A DNA stretch of 33,591 nt from a virus, in the IMG/VR virus record IMGVR_UViG_3300031111_000006, positions 1 through 33,591 of that record; one strand, written 5' to 3'. Below, one piece after another: positions 1 to 8,217 of the stretch (its first letter is position 1; every line of letters starts with the position of its first letter). Both the position numbers and the translations under genes were made by a program. Under the pieces are notes generated by a model. It did not search any database. It saw only the letters and a program-made list of their open reading frames with translations, and was not told where the DNA came from.

Positions 1-127
1 CCCCCTCACCGGGGAGATTGTGGACTTTTCGAGCCCGGATTCCCTGGTTGAGAATTTCCTCAGCCTCGACAGTCAAATCCGCCAGCTTTCCGCCCTCAAG
101 CGGGAGGTTGAGGCCGGAATCTTGTTC
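1..127. repeat. Terminal direct repeat, copy 1. Identical to 33465-33591; assembly overlap of a circular or terminally redundant genome.
   Basis: A base-by-base read of 1-127 against 33465-33591 shows identity (CCCCCTCACCGGGGAGATTGTGGAC ... GGAATCTTGTTC). Confidence 0.95.
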
Positions 128-427
128 CTGACAGATATCCCCGAGGGGACCAAGACCGCCCGTTTTGCCGGTGAAGCCGGAACCCTCAAAATCACATTCA
201 AGGAATACAAGAGTTACGACCAGGACAAAATCCGGTCAGTCCTTGAAATGATAGGGCCGGAGCGATTTGGCCAACTGTTCAAGTCTGAATTCAAGGCCAT
301 TGCCCGGCCCCTCGGAAAGTTTCTCTCCACGACTCACACCGACGCCACTATGGAGGCGGCTCGTTTGACCGTGCAGGACGCTATCACCACGAAACCCGCC
401 AAGCCCTCAATTACGGTTGAGACGTAG
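1..427 (+). CDS. 3' part of a junction-spanning ORF (full ORF 33379..33591 joined to 128..427, about 170 aa). Hypothetical early protein.
   Basis: The frame of the tracked ORF 20-427 is open back to the window start. Through the 127-bp overlap it is in frame with ATG 33379, which has SD TAGGAGG at 33367-33373. I see only a weak architectural resemblance to Mu Gam / Sipho_Gp157-type proteins, from memory. This is not verified. Confidence 0.6.
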   Translation, partial: PLTGEIVDFSSPDSLVENFLSLDSQIRQLSALKREVEAGILFLTDIPEGTKTARFAGEAGTLKITFKEYKSYDQDKIRSVLEMIGPERFGQLFKSEFKAIARPLGKFLSTTHTDATMEAARLTVQDAITTKPAKPSITVET

Positions 428-440
428 GGAGGAAAAGCAA

Positions 441-462
441 GGCCCCCCATTCCTGGGGGGCC
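441..462 (+). other. GC-clamp hairpin GGCCCCCC-ATTCCT-GGGGGGCC with no downstream U-tract
   Basis: Perfect 8-bp inverted repeat with a 6-nt loop in the 74-bp gap after the stop at 427. It is followed by AAACACCG, so it is not a canonical intrinsic terminator. Confidence 0.4.
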
Positions 463-501
463 AAACACCGAAAACAACTCTTGATGTGAGGAAAATATAA
501 A

Positions 502-1821
502 ATGGATGAGCTTGTGACGTCAACACCTGATTTATTAAACCTTTTTGATCTCCCATTTGAGACCTTTTCGTCCACAACCGACCGGGACAAAAACCGGGAC
601 TATCTCACAACCTGGATCAATGAGCATTTGAAAGAGGGGAGCGATTGGGGCCGGATTCATGTCGCCGGCAAGCAGAAATGCCCCCGCCCCTGGGATTGCA
701 CACCCGAGAAAGCCCCCGGTCATTGGTCGAAACCCTGTCTATTTAAGCCCGGGGCTGAAAAGCTACACCTGAGTTTCGGTCTACGGCCCCATTACCCAAC
801 GCTTGACCAATACGAAACCGCCGGATTGAATGGAATCTCTCTCGACTCCATTGTCCTCCGTTGTGATTTGCTCGACAAGGCGGGGAATATCGTCGGGACG
901 GGTATCGGCGGCCGAGGGCTGGACCAGGATAAGGGAGATCTCAATAAGACCTTGAAAATGGTCAAAAAGTCGGCCCTGATCGACGCCGTTCTCTCTGCTT
1001 TTGGGCTCTCGGAGCATTTTACCCAAGACCTCGACGACCCCGACGTCCGAAAACGGATCCAGGGCGAAAATAGTCACCATGACCCGGACGACCCCCGGAC
1101 CCAACCCCGCCAGGACGGGAACAATGGGGGAGAGTATGAATTTTCCAGAGACTTCCGACTCCAGTTTGGAGCCTGGGGGCCAGAGGGAAAGCATACAACC
1201 GAGGAAAACCAGGGAAAGGGAACCCCCCTCCGGTCCATAGACGCCAGTTATCTCGAATGGTTGTCCGATAACGCAAAACAACCATATCTCGGCGAATTTG
1301 CCAAAAAGGAGCTCCAGGAGAGAGCCAAGGGCGGCTCAGGGAGTGAGATCCATACCGAGACTAAGGGGAACGGTTCAAACGATTCTCAGGCCCCTCTCGC
1401 AAGCGTAGAGGCTCGGAATATGATTCGAGAAATGGCCAAGGATGAGCTTTTAACACCGGCCGAACAAGCCAACCTCTTGAATTACGCCAAGTCTGACGGA
1501 TTGACGGCCGTAGCCGCCCAGGGACTTATCCGGCAAATCTCCGCTCGACTCAAAGAGCGACAAAATTCTCAATCGTCACAAGCTGAGAGTGCCGAAGGGG
1601 AGGGGGATTCTCCCTCCCCGTCCGGCGACAGGTATTCCGAACAAATCGAAATCCTGATGGCCGGAATGATTGACTATTGGAAATGGACAGGTGACGACGC
1701 CCGGAAAAGAGCGGTCCAATGGATTGAGGACAATGTAGAGGGCGATTGGTGGAACATGGATAAAACCCAAGCCTCTGAGGTTCTCGCTGAGATCCTTTCC
1801 GGTAAGAAACTCCCATTCTGA
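502..1821 (+). CDS. Putative recombination protein (ERF/Rad52-superfamily-like ssDNA-annealing core with a long C-terminal extension)
   Basis: 439-aa ORF with SD GAGGAAA upstream. The motifs LFKPGAEKL..FGL and NKTLKMVKKSALIDAVLSAFGLSEHFTQDLDD resemble conserved blocks I recall from phage annealing-protein families. It lies in the recombination/replication module. The family assignment is not verified. Confidence 0.4.
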   Translation: MDELVTSTPDLLNLFDLPFETFSSTTDRDKNRDYLTTWINEHLKEGSDWGRIHVAGKQKCPRPWDCTPEKAPGHWSKPCLFKPGAEKLHLSFGLRPHYPTLDQYETAGLNGISLDSIVLRCDLLDKAGNIVGTGIGGRGLDQDKGDLNKTLKMVKKSALIDAVLSAFGLSEHFTQDLDDPDVRKRIQGENSHHDPDDPRTQPRQDGNNGGEYEFSRDFRLQFGAWGPEGKHTTEENQGKGTPLRSIDASYLEWLSDNAKQPYLGEFAKKELQERAKGGSGSEIHTETKGNGSNDSQAPLASVEARNMIREMAKDELLTPAEQANLLNYAKSDGLTAVAAQGLIRQISARLKERQNSQSSQAESAEGEGDSPSPSGDRYSEQIEILMAGMIDYWKWTGDDARKRAVQWIEDNVEGDWWNMDKTQASEVLAEILSGKKLPF

Positions 1822-1832
1822 GGAGGCCGAGA

Positions 1833-1979
1833 ATGAAGTCTTACAAATTCAGACGCCCAGGATTAGACCGAACAGAGAAGGCTCTGGACCGTCTCCATGA
1901 GTTGCCGGTTATTCTTCTCCCCTCCGTCGTATTGATAGCCGTTATTTTGATCATTGTCCAAGCCGTGAGGGGATTATGA
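1833..1979 (+). CDS. Small single-pass membrane protein (48 aa)
   Basis: Not in the ORF track because it is under 60 aa. SD GAGGAGG at 1820-1826, ATG at 1833, stop TGA at 1977-1979 overlapping the next ATG (ATGA). Translation: MKSYKFRRPGLDRTEKALDRLHELPVILLPSVVLIAVILIIVQAVRGL, with a hydrophobic C-terminal helix. Confidence 0.55.
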   Translation: MKSYKFRRPGLDRTEKALDRLHELPVILLPSVVLIAVILIIVQAVRGL

Positions 1980-3043
1980 GTTTGCCCTATATCCCCCTCT
2001 ACACTTCCGAGTTTATCGCAGATACCCAGGGCCTTACCGATGAGGAAGTCGGAGCCTATACCCGGGTCCTTTTGTATTCCTGGAATGACGGCGACAAGGA
2101 GCCAGTAGAGCTATCCCGAGCCCTCCGGTTGCTGGACAACCCAAACGAGGTTTGGCCTGTTTTGTCTCGTTTTTTCGTCGAGGAGAACGGCCGGATTTAC
2201 AATAACCGCCTCGAAAAGGAACGGAAAAAGAGCCGGGCCAAGGTAGATGCTGGCCGGAAAGGCGGAAGCAAAAGCCCAAGCAAACCGCCAAGCGAAACCG
2301 GAAGCAAACCGGAAGCAGAACAGCAAGCAAAACCCCAAGCGAAACCGGAAGCTACTCAGAACTCAGAACTCAGAACTCAGAATAAAGATAACTCAGAGGG
2401 GAATAAGGACTCCGTCCTCTCCCTTCTTGACGAGTTTCCAACTCTCTCGTTTCCCTCAATGACCATTCCGAGGCTACTGGAGGAGCAAGTCCTCAAGCCT
2501 TACGGGTTGGATGCCCTCCGCTTTCTCCTTGAGAAGCTCTCGAAGATCGAGGACCGGAAAAAGGTTTCCGCCCCGGCTTATGTCCGAAAGGTGATAGAGG
2601 GGAATGTCGGGAATTTTGAGGGTATTCGCTCCGGTGAATTGAACGCCGATGGGACAGCCGTCCGGTCTTATCGTTACCAGGCGGCCAAAGATTACGCCGA
2701 CAAGCATAAACTCGAATTCAGACGGTATTTTGCTCCCCGCCTAGTCGCTACAGGGGAGCGATTTCACCGAGACGAAGGAAACAAACTCCTTTATTTCTAT
2801 TATCCCCAAGGAGACGCCCTCAAAGATCCCGTTTGGTTGAAAATCCGGGAAAACCGGGAATTGATCTCCGCAATTTCATCGACAGCAAAAAAGAGCCTGG
2901 TAAACGCCTATCAGATACCCGAGGCCGCTTTCATGCCGGCCGAGGAGGCTGATCTCGGTCCCAATTGGTATTGGGCTGATGCGAAATATCTGGAGGAAAA
3001 CGAGCTCCTGGAGGCTGTCAAGCAAGCAAAGAGAGGTTATTAA
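1976..3043 (+). CDS. DUF1376 (YdaU-like) domain protein; probable phage replication initiator/organiser
   Basis: The N-terminus (PLYTSEFIADTQGLTDEEVGAYTRVLLYSWNDG) matches the DUF1376 signature. It is followed by a low-complexity K/P/E/Q linker and a C-terminal domain containing VSAPAYVRKVIEG, which is a DnaD/replisome-organiser-like motif. Confidence 0.7.
   Translation: MSLPYIPLYTSEFIADTQGLTDEEVGAYTRVLLYSWNDGDKEPVELSRALRLLDNPNEVWPVLSRFFVEENGRIYNNRLEKERKKSRAKVDAGRKGGSKSPSKPPSETGSKPEAEQQAKPQAKPEATQNSELRTQNKDNSEGNKDSVLSLLDEFPTLSFPSMTIPRLLEEQVLKPYGLDALRFLLEKLSKIEDRKKVSAPAYVRKVIEGNVGNFEGIRSGELNADGTAVRSYRYQAAKDYADKHKLEFRRYFAPRLVATGERFHRDEGNKLLYFYYPQGDALKDPVWLKIRENRELISAISSTAKKSLVNAYQIPEAAFMPAEEADLGPNWYWADAKYLEENELLEAVKQAKRGY
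2288..2397 (+). repeat. Cluster of short direct repeats inside the replication-gene linker: 18-bp x2, 11-bp x3, and the heptamer ACTCAGA x4 in tandem plus 1
   Basis: CCAAGCGAAACCGGAAGC occurs at 2288-2305 and 2335-2352. AAACCGGAAGC(A) occurs at 2295, 2306 and 2342. ACTCAGA is tandem at 2354-2381 and recurs at 2391-2397. The 7- and 11-bp periods are not multiples of 3. Confidence 0.85.
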
Positions 3044-3389
3044 TGGCTAAGAAAGGGCCGTCGTCCTACGATCAAGTATTAAGTCTACTCCGCAAAAATC
3101 CGGAGCTCAGAAACGACGACAAAGCTCTCCGTTGGGCCTACCTGGAGGGTCTCGGTCTCGTTGTTGATATCCCTTTATACGGCCGAATGTTGTCAGAATA
3201 CGCCGAAAGCAAGGCCCCGAGCTTTGAGACAATCCGCCGAAGCCGCCAGAAGGTCCAAGCCAATCACCCGGAGCTCGGCCCCACCGACCCCGAAGTTGTC
3301 CAGAAGCGGAAGAAAAAGGAAGCGACAAAGGGGACTTTCATTTACCGGGAACCGGCCAACCCCGCCGCATTTCCTGGGGGGATTTTCAA

Positions 3390-3393
<4 letters not shown>
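3043..3393 (+). CDS. Hypothetical protein (116 aa)
   Basis: ORF with a TAATG overlap to the upstream gene and protein-like composition. No family recognised. Confidence 0.6.
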
Positions 3394-3976
<583 letters not shown>

Positions 3977-3980
<4 letters not shown>

Positions 3981-4417
3981 GCCGGATCTACGTTGGCATA
4001 GATCCCGGTCTCCAAACCGGATTCGCCGTTTCCCTCAAAGGCAAGATCGAGGAGGTGAAAACCGTCGATTTTTGGGGGGTAATGGACGAAATCCGAGCCC
4101 TGATAGGCCGAAACCCTGGGCTAGATCTCCGTATCGTTATTGAGAGGCCGGACCTCAACAAGCCCCTTTTCTTCCGAGCCGGGACCAACGAGCGGACCAA
4201 GATCAAAATCGCCCAGGACGTAGGGGCCAACAAGCGGGACGCCCGGTTACTCATTCAATGGGCCGAAAGGGAGGGGTTGGATATGATCCAGGTCCGCCCC
4301 TCCGGGTCCACTTTTACCAAGCTCAACGCCGAGCAATTCCGCAAAATATCAGGCTACGCCGGCCGGACCTCCGAGCATGGGCGGGACGCCGCTATGTTGA
4401 TCCTGGGGAGGGGGTAA
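3977..4417 (+). CDS. RuvC-like Holliday junction resolvase (phage type)
   Basis: The N-terminal IYVGIDPGLQTGFAV matches the first catalytic-Asp strand of the RuvC/RNase H fold. Size is 146 aa. A C-terminal acidic/His region (SEHGRDAAML) is present. Confidence 0.6.
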
Positions 4418-4418
4418 G

Positions 4419-5414
4419 GTGGAAATCAGGCTCCTAGACCTATTCTCTGGAATCGGAGGCTTTCACCTTGGCCTTGAGAGGGCTGGCTTTCGAGTCGTTG
4501 AATCCTCGTTCTCAGAAATCGATAAATATGCAATCTCTGTTTATCAATCCCATTTCAAGGAGTCTATAAATGTCGGGTCAGTTACAGATATTCGGGGGGG
4601 GGCGGACAAATTCGACGCTATCACTTTCGGCTCGCCTTGCCAAGATTTCAGCAATGCCGGAGTTAGGAGGGGGCTCAACGGGGAAAGAAGTTCTCTTATC
4701 TCCCACGCAATCCGGCTCATTGCTGAGATCCGACCAAAGTTTTTTATCTGGGAAAATGTTAAGGGGACATTCACCTCAAACTCTGGCTCGGATTTTTGGG
4801 CAATTATCAAAGCCTTTACCGAACTTGGGGGCTATCGACTTGAATGGCAACTGCTTAATACAGCATGGTTTTTACCCCAAAATCGAGAGCGGATTTACCT
4901 TGTCGGACTTTCTGGAAAAATCGGTGGCCGAGAAATATTTCCTATCTCAGAAAATGATCGACTTTCTGACAACGGAAAGCCCCGGCCATTGGGAATTCAA
5001 ACCGCTAGATGTCTGAGGAAGAATCAACACAAGGCCGGACGAGACGACACCTATATAACGTATCGGATACATGAGCCGACCCGCAAAGGCTACGCCGAAG
5101 CTGAAAACGGGGACTCTATCAATGTCGGTCGATCAAAATCCAAGACCCGCCGGGGAAGAGTTGGCAAGCGTTCCGTCGGAACGCTTGAAACTGAGCCTAC
5201 CCAGGCGGTTGTCTATAGTGACAAAATCCGACGTCTTACTCCGATTGAGACGGAACGGCTTCAAGGCTTTCCTGACAACTGGACAGAATACGGCATTGAC
5301 GGGGAGAAGATTTCCGACACCCAACGTTACAAAATGACCGGAAACGCTGTAACCGTTCCGGTTGTGGAAGCAGTAGGGAGGCGAATTCTTCAAGCTCTGG
5401 AGGCCCCCCAATGA
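4419..5414 (+). CDS. dcm: DNA (cytosine-5)-methyltransferase
   Basis: GTG start after SD GGGAGGGGG. Canonical C5-MTase motifs are present: I DLFSGIGGF, IV GSPCQDFS, VI ENVKG, VIII QNRERIYLVG, IX/X TPIETERLQGFPDNWT and GNAVTVPV. Confidence 0.95.
   Translation: MEIRLLDLFSGIGGFHLGLERAGFRVVESSFSEIDKYAISVYQSHFKESINVGSVTDIRGGADKFDAITFGSPCQDFSNAGVRRGLNGERSSLISHAIRLIAEIRPKFFIWENVKGTFTSNSGSDFWAIIKAFTELGGYRLEWQLLNTAWFLPQNRERIYLVGLSGKIGGREIFPISENDRLSDNGKPRPLGIQTARCLRKNQHKAGRDDTYITYRIHEPTRKGYAEAENGDSINVGRSKSKTRRGRVGKRSVGTLETEPTQAVVYSDKIRRLTPIETERLQGFPDNWTEYGIDGEKISDTQRYKMTGNAVTVPVVEAVGRRILQALEAPQ
4594..4602 (+). repeat. G9 homopolymer inside dcm (codons R-G-G-A, between motifs I and IV)
   Basis: The sequence ATTCGGGGGGGGGCGGAC has nine consecutive G at 4594-4602. 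Confidence 0.95.
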
Positions 5415-5809
5415 CCAACCTCCTTTCCCCCGACCGATTAGAGCGTCTCCCTGACGGGGGGCTGGCTCTCGTTGGCGATATGGAAGCCGCATATCCTGAC
5501 CATGAAAAAAATGCCGAGGCAATCAAGGAGGCTTTGACCAGGACCCCGGTAGTCCCCTACAAATTCGATTTTTCCGAGAAATGTATCGTTTGCGGTCGCC
5601 CTCTCCGGGACCCGGTCTCAATCGCTCGGAGAATGGGGCCGGTTTGTTATCGGAAATTCCAAGGCTCGGCCCCCGCTCACTTCAACCTTTATCAACAAGA
5701 TTTATTCACCGTCCCCGAGGTTTTAACCCCGGCTCTCCACGGTGGAACGCTCCCGGTTTTCCCCCGCCGGGAGCCCCGATTTACAGCAATAGAGGAGGCT
5801 CAAGCATGA
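5411..5809 (+). CDS. DUF6011-like small zinc-binding protein
   Basis: CIVCGRPLRDPVSIARRMGPVCYRKF matches the CxxCGRxLxDPxSxxxGxGPxC signature recalled for DUF6011. SD GGAGG is upstream. Confidence 0.5.
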   Translation: MTNLLSPDRLERLPDGGLALVGDMEAAYPDHEKNAEAIKEALTRTPVVPYKFDFSEKCIVCGRPLRDPVSIARRMGPVCYRKFQGSAPAHFNLYQQDLFTVPEVLTPALHGGTLPVFPRREPRFTAIEEAQA

Positions 5810-6300
5810 AACGGACATTTACCAAGATCAAATTCAAACAGGACAAGGTATTTCTGACATACACTCAGAAAAACAGCCAGGGCAAGGACGACGCTTATTC
5901 CGTCGAGATATCCGAAGCTCCCGCCCCTGGTTTTACCAAGGCCCTTGAAAACCTGGCTCAGGACGTTCTCACAATTTGCGAACTCCCTACCGATGAGGAC
6001 ACGCTGAAAACGATAAAGGTCCTCGGGGTCTCAATCTCGCACACCGACACCGAGACGGAGGGGGTTGTCCGGGGGTTTACCATTTCCGCCCTCAAGGACC
6101 TCAAGGACTCCAACTCTCCCCTCGTTCTGAATACTCCCCACAAGCCCGAGGCTCCCTATTCCAAGAGCGGAGACAACTCGAATTGTCTCTACCTGGAAAC
6201 CGTCGAGCGTATCGATACCCTGATCGAGGAGGCCGAGAAATATCTCAAGGGACACCGAGCCCAGGTCTCAATGGGTTTCGATGAGAAAAAGGCCGCTTAA
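5806..6300 (+). CDS. Hypothetical protein (164 aa)
   Basis: The track ORF starts at 5581, but that part overlaps the previous gene. ATG 5806 has SD AGAGGAGG at 5791-5798 and an ATGA overlap with the stop at 5807-5809. The protein begins MKRTFTKIKF. Confidence 0.65.
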   Translation: MKRTFTKIKFKQDKVFLTYTQKNSQGKDDAYSVEISEAPAPGFTKALENLAQDVLTICELPTDEDTLKTIKVLGVSISHTDTETEGVVRGFTISALKDLKDSNSPLVLNTPHKPEAPYSKSGDNSNCLYLETVERIDTLIEEAEKYLKGHRAQVSMGFDEKKAA

Positions 6301-6569
6301 TGGATACCCAGGAAACCGGACTCCCCCCAATCGCTACGCCTGTCCCTCGGAGTGAGGTCCCTAAATATCCAAGGGAGCGGATTCGATCTCTCGACGTTTT
6401 GGGAGCAGAGGCTCAGGTTGTTTGCCGGGTCCTGCAGAAGGTCGAGCGGGATAACGAGGCCGGCATTCCCGAGCCGGTGATAGGCGGAACCCCTGACCAA
6501 ATCATTGCAACCGTCGCCGTCGGTATTCGCTACCTGACAAAGCTTGAGGAGGAGGGGAGGCTCCCATGA
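6300..6569 (+). CDS. Hypothetical protein (89 aa)
   Basis: TAATG overlap with the upstream gene. No family recognised. Confidence 0.5.
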   Translation: MDTQETGLPPIATPVPRSEVPKYPRERIRSLDVLGAEAQVVCRVLQKVERDNEAGIPEPVIGGTPDQIIATVAVGIRYLTKLEEEGRLP

Positions 6570-6778
6570 GCGGCAAGTCCGCCAAGCGTCAACGCAAGGC
6601 CATCGACAAGGCCATGGATTCCCATTACAAAACCCTGATCGAGCGATTGAATTCCCGCCCCTGGATCAAGCGGTTGGGTCTCGCTCTCCTTCTGGCCTGG
6701 CCGGGAAAGCGGGGTCAACTCTGGATCAGAACCGCAAAGGGTCGGCTGATAAATGAGGACCAAGAGGGTGAAAAATAA
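6566..6778 (+). CDS. Hypothetical basic protein (70 aa)
   Basis: SD GGAGGGGAGG upstream and an ATGA overlap. Lys/Arg-rich N-terminus and one hydrophobic stretch (LGLALLLAW). Confidence 0.5.
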   Translation: MSGKSAKRQRKAIDKAMDSHYKTLIERLNSRPWIKRLGLALLLAWPGKRGQLWIRTAKGRLINEDQEGEK

Positions 6779-6782
6779 AAAA

Positions 6783-7154
6783 ATGAAATTTGAGACTCAG
6801 AGGAATATCCTGGAGCAAAGGATAGAAATAGTCTTGTTCTCCCAAGACCTAAACGGCTCAGATAAATACAGGCTCGACGGAGGCCCTCCAAATACTGACC
6901 TGCCGACGCTTGTCTGGATGATTCAAGCCGATGAGGATTCTCATTCCCCGACTTTTTCATTGGAATACGAGGAAGCCCAGGAGCTTTTGGATATGCTCCT
7001 TTCCGTCGGGGTCGTCCCCTCAGATCCCGGCAAGGTATCGACTAGAATATCGGAAATAACTGGCAAGTTGGCCGCTCAAGGTGACCACTTGGAGGACATG
7101 AGAGCCTTGGTCGCCCATTCTCTGAAAGTAAAGCTCCCGGGAGCGGTAAAATGA
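6783..7154 (+). CDS. Hypothetical protein (123 aa)
   Basis: ATG 6783 is the first start after the upstream stop at 6776-6778. The tracked start at 6753 overlaps the upstream gene. Confidence 0.5.
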   Translation: MKFETQRNILEQRIEIVLFSQDLNGSDKYRLDGGPPNTDLPTLVWMIQADEDSHSPTFSLEYEEAQELLDMLLSVGVVPSDPGKVSTRISEITGKLAAQGDHLEDMRALVAHSLKVKLPGAVK

Positions 7155-7306
7155 TACCCGTATTAATTGCTTTTGTGCTGGTTTCTATCGCCCTGCTTAC
7201 CGTTTTGAGGCTGGTTAGGATGGCCGCCGCCGCCCCCGACCAAAAGCTCGACAACGACCTCGACGTCGAGGAAACCGAGCTCCTCGAAATGGAGGGCAAG
7301 CCATGA
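7151..7306 (+). CDS. Small single-pass membrane protein (51 aa)
   Basis: Not in the ORF track. ATGA overlaps occur at both ends (7151-7154 and 7303-7306). Translation: MIPVLIAFVLVSIALLTVLRLVRMAAAAPDQKLDNDLDVEETELLEMEGKP. Confidence 0.5.
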   Translation: MIPVLIAFVLVSIALLTVLRLVRMAAAAPDQKLDNDLDVEETELLEMEGKP

Positions 7307-7545
7307 GTAAATATCCCCCTAATTATTGCGCTACCGTATTCGAGCGGAGGGGGCCAAAAGGTTCTATTCTGGCCATTCTCCAGACCAACGAGGACGGGAG
7401 TAAGGGCAATGTTTCGGTTGCCTCTGATCGTCTCGGAAGTATTGCCGATTTCTATGCAGGGGCCGCCGCTCAAAAAGCATTGATAAGCCTTGAACTTTAC
7501 GGAACGGTAAACGCCCCGGATATACAGAAGATTGGAAAATTCTGA
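7303..7545 (+). CDS. Hypothetical protein (80 aa)
   Basis: SD GGAGGG upstream and coupled to its neighbours. No family recognised. Confidence 0.5.
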   Translation: MSKYPPNYCATVFERRGPKGSILAILQTNEDGSKGNVSVASDRLGSIADFYAGAAAQKALISLELYGTVNAPDIQKIGKF

Positions 7546-7844
7546 TGGGAGACAAAAAGCAAAACGGAACCCCAAACCTCAAAGCGGTAACGGTAGACGA
7601 CGGACAGGGAGCCGAGGTTCCAAAGGATCCCGTTTACCTGGAGGACAAGTTTCAACTCCTCAAAATCAAGCTCCAGAATGACAAAACCGGGAGAAAGGCA
7701 AATATCTCGGTCCCGATTCCCGCTTTTTCCCATGATCTAGAGCTCGGGAAATGGATCCTCTATCACATCGAAATTTCCCCGCCAATGAAAAAACCGCCGG
7801 AGCTCAGTTTTGACCAGGTTCCAATGGGGAAAAAGGAGGGGTGA
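7545..7844 (+). CDS. Hypothetical protein (99 aa)
   Basis: TGATG overlap with the upstream gene. No family recognised. Confidence 0.5.
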   Translation: MGDKKQNGTPNLKAVTVDDGQGAEVPKDPVYLEDKFQLLKIKLQNDKTGRKANISVPIPAFSHDLELGKWILYHIEISPPMKKPPELSFDQVPMGKKEG

Positions 7845-7846
7845 AT

Positions 7847-8071
7847 ATGAGGCTTAACGTGTGTGATACGGAGTTTGCCGTCAATATGACCAGGAGGGAG
7901 ATCGATTCCGGAAAAACAATAAAGATTAAACAGGATTCATTCCTACGCCACTTTCTTACCTGGTGCGAGGCTAACGGCCTTGAAGTCGAAACGGCCAGAG
8001 GCGAGCTCCATATTTCAAAGGGTCCCAAATGGGACGGTTGGCTTGGTCTTGACCAGGGGGGCAGGGGGTGA
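7847..8071 (+). CDS. Hypothetical protein (74 aa)
   Basis: SD AAGGAGGG at 7833-7840 is 6 nt before ATG 7847. The tracked GTG at 7841 has no spacer after the SD. Confidence 0.5.
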   Translation: MRLNVCDTEFAVNMTRREIDSGKTIKIKQDSFLRHFLTWCEANGLEVETARGELHISKGPKWDGWLGLDQGGRG

Positions 8072-8217
8072 GGCTCATTTCAATCGCCCTAATCATTCTC
8101 GGGGTTTTTTTGATCCTGATCGGGATCAATGAGCGGGACAATAACGCCGGCCCCATGGCCTTTTCTCTCGGGGTTGGTCTCCTTTTCTCCGGTCTCGTTG
8201 TCCAGGTAATAGCGTGA
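8068..8217 (+). CDS. Small two-helix membrane protein (49 aa)
   Basis: Not in the ORF track. GTG 8068 overlaps the stop at 8069-8071 (GTGA). Translation: VRLISIALIILGVFLILIGINERDNNAGPMAFSLGVGLLFSGLVVQVIA. Confidence 0.45.
   Translation: MRLISIALIILGVFLILIGINERDNNAGPMAFSLGVGLLFSGLVVQVIA

Noticed and set aside
4570-5016. A 148-aa alternative-frame ORF inside dcm that crosses the G9 tract
   Set aside because: It is out of frame with all the methyltransferase motifs and looks non-protein-like. It matters only as the frame that would be entered after a G-tract length change.
5581-5805. An upstream extension of ORF 5581-6300 (P/G/R-rich, 75 aa)
   Set aside because: It overlaps the DUF6011-like gene in another frame. 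ATG 5806 has an optimal SD and an ATGA overlap, so the extension is a shadow ORF.
7042-7575. A 177-aa minus-strand ORF spanning four small + strand genes
   Set aside because: It crosses several coupled + strand genes, has no SD or promoter context, and its composition looks non-protein-like.
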